A DNA stretch of 37,656 nucleotides from Octopus sinensis (lineage: Eukaryota): NCBI RefSeq assembly GCF_006345805.1, contig NW_021835487.1:1-37656 (forward strand), in the 5' to 3' direction. The first letter of the stretch is position 1. The number at the start of each line of letters is the position of its first letter. Shown one piece after another: positions 35,331 to 37,656 of the stretch. Position numbers and translations under genes: made by a program. Below the pieces are notes generated by a model, which made no database searches, was not told the DNA's origin, and saw only the letters and a list, made by a program, of their open reading frames with translations.

Positions 35331-37122
35331 ACGGATGAACTGTCCATCATGTCTTTTAATGTAAGGGATCTCAAACCGACCTGGAAACAGCAAGTACTAT
35401 AGTATGACATGATGAGGTACAGAATTTCGGTTGGCTGTCTGCAAGAAACAAAGTGACGCTCGACGTCGACCAAGCCTATAATGATTATCGCCTAACTTTA
35501 CTGCCTCCTGAATGCAGACACTACGGGCAAGGATTCGTGACACACAAGTCTTTTTCCTTACATTTTCACCGATGCTGGAGGGTCAGCGACCGAATATCGG
35601 TATTGCAAATGGCTGTAGGGCCGGAAAGCGCTTTCCATCATCAATGTCTATATCCCTCACAGCGGCAGGATTGCCAAGAACACTGACAAACTTGACTCCT
35701 TCTACAAAGAACTAGCCAGGACACTCATCAGCCTGGAGGACTCGTCCAAATTAATTATCGCAGGAGACTGGAACGCCAAAGCGAGTATCCGCTCTAGGAA
35801 CGAACAGTTCATTTTTATTTATTTAACCCTATTCCCCCTGAGATGTTTGTTTGAAATCCATTTTGGCCAAAAGATTCCTAGGATGTATTTCAGCTGCGTT
35901 CTGTGGAAGGAATTGAGATTTTCCATTTCCTGCACTGTGAGTGCCCAAGAGGAGGAGTTGTACAGTAGGACTGGTTTTACGAACATATTGTAAAGTTTGA
36001 TTTTTAGAGACGCAGAAATTTGTTTGCCTCTCAACCATATGTTGTTTAATCTTTTGAGCGCGAAAGTTGCAAGTGATTTTCTTCGTATTATGTCTTCTGT
36101 ATCTCCTAAGAGAGTGCCAAGTTTCTTTGTATGCCTCCATTTTTCCTCGTGTCGTTCGTCACATCGCCTCACTAAAGTGTATTCTGTTTTCTCAGTGTTA
36201 ATTTTTAGGAGTGATTTTTCAAAAGTGTTGGCTAATTTGTCCATAGTACTTTCTAGTTGGCGGTCTGTTGCCGTGAAATCTATGTCATCTGCAAAGATGA
36301 CTTCTGTAATATGTCTGGGGATATTATTCCTGACATTTCGTAGGGTCGCCTCCAGATATACGATGAATAGGACCGGAGATAAGGCGTCTCCTTGGGGGGG
36401 TGCCCTTGTTTGTTTCAAATACTCTAGATTTCTGTTTTCTGACCTGGATAAATAGTTGAGTGGAGGAGAGTAGGTAACGAATTATTCTGATGCAATCTTC
36501 GTCGAATAGTGGCGTTAATATTTATATCATCTTAATTCTACTGATTGAGTCGAATGCTTTAGATAGGTCGATTCCCATTATGTGGTACTTTTCTTTATAT
36601 TTTTGGCATGAAGCACACATCCATTTGTGGCTCCAAACAGCATCGGAAGTTGATCTTCCAGAGACAAACCCACTTTGGCTGGCTCCGATAAATTCACGTA
36701 GTGGGCCTTTAATTCTCTCCAAAGCAATTAGTGATAGAATTTTACGAAGTGAGTTGAGTAGTATGATTGGTCTTAAGCTGTTTAGCTTTCCTTTTTCCTT
36801 CCCGGGTTTATGCACACCCGTTGGACGAAGAAATAAGAAGCAATAGATGGGGCTTATTTGGTCCTAGATGGGCCTAAGAATGGACAGGAAAACTCCTGCA
36901 AATCTCGCAATGGAACACCACTACGCCCCCCACCCGGGAACAAACTTTCGAGGAAGACCACGAATCACTCTACCAACCCTCCTGCACCAGGACCTAACTT
37001 TGATTGGAAAAGGGCTGAAATCAGCAGACGATCTTGAGCACCTGAGGGAACTATCGAGGAACAGAGGGACTTGGAAGCGATTAACAAAACGCATCCAGGA
37101 GAGGGTGGCACAAGCGAGATAA
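35331..37122 (+). mobile_element. RTE-like LINE, rearranged: APE (+) / RT core inverted (-, about 35840-36815) / C-terminus (+)
   Basis: Plus strand: MSFNVRD, LQETK, IAGDWNAK. Minus strand: LRPIILL, QSGF, IDLSKAFDS, QGDALSP, FADD, KPVLLYN. Plus strand again: PLDEEIRSNRWGLFG, RGRPR. Confidence 0.85.
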
Positions 37123-37129
37123 CTTTACT

Positions 37130-37656
37130 AACGTTATTTTGCGGTGTGCTTATTAATAATAATATTCCCCCTGAAATTGGGAGGAACGCGGCACAAAGAA
37201 AACCGACAGACCTCTTAGGTCATACTCGCGGAGGCGAAGAATTGGGTTTCAAAGATGTCGAAATGGTCTGCAAGTTTGATCATGTTAGTTTCCTGATGCA
37301 TATGGTCGGTTGGAGTAGACTTCATACAACCAGTAATGATTTTAAGTGTTTGGTTTTGGATTGATTGTAACTTCTAAAGGAGTGTTTTTGACAGCAGCGG
37401 CCCCCATGATTGTCGAAGTGAAATTGTGTTCTCATGTATTACTTGTTAGAAAAGTGGCTGATGATTTGGTTCGTGATAGGGATAGCCCGTTTAGAGTGAT
37501 CCAGTTATACAGAGTATCAATGAATGGTTGAACTTGAAAAGTGTGGGGATAGGACTGAGCCCTGCCGTACTCGATTGGGGAGGATGCATGTATTTGAGCG
37601 TTTTTTGTTGAGTTGGACATAACCTTGTCTCCCACTGAGGTAATTGGATCTATCGT
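37130..37656 (-). mobile_element. Degenerate non-LTR reverse transcriptase fragment running off the right end
   Basis: QPFIDTLYNWITLNGLSLSRTKS...LEVTINPK resembles the post-YADD region of LINE RTs. Confidence 0.55.

Overview
This is eukaryotic (animal) genomic DNA from a very AT-rich, compact genome. Its GT-AG introns are tiny (about 24-47 nt), so the ORF track fragments or misreads the genes. Splicing by hand under the standard code gives these host genes: an RFX transcription factor (1-1282, minus, runs off the left end), Zic/odd-paired (12229-13152, minus), an atypical frameshifted Rho GTPase (18041-18690), a small unknown gene (20914-21351, minus), RPL32 (21613-22123), a compact CENP-C/Mif2 (22780-24109) and ULK4 (26506-31095, minus, about 30 microintrons). 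Much of the rest is transposon-derived. An 8.1-kb block bounded by 82-nt inverted repeats (3753-11853) holds a TTAGGG-like tract, two identical partial copies of a deleted Jockey-like LINE, a CRE fragment and a near-complete GC-rich Jockey-like LINE. Other elements are an R4-like RLE retrotransposon, a pogo/Tigger element, an RTE-like element with an inverted RT core, and several remnants. The Zic intron position, cilia genes and microintrons suggest a reduced ciliated bilaterian such as a dicyemid or orthonectid (inference, not verified). All calls come from manual reading and recalled family motifs; no searches were run.
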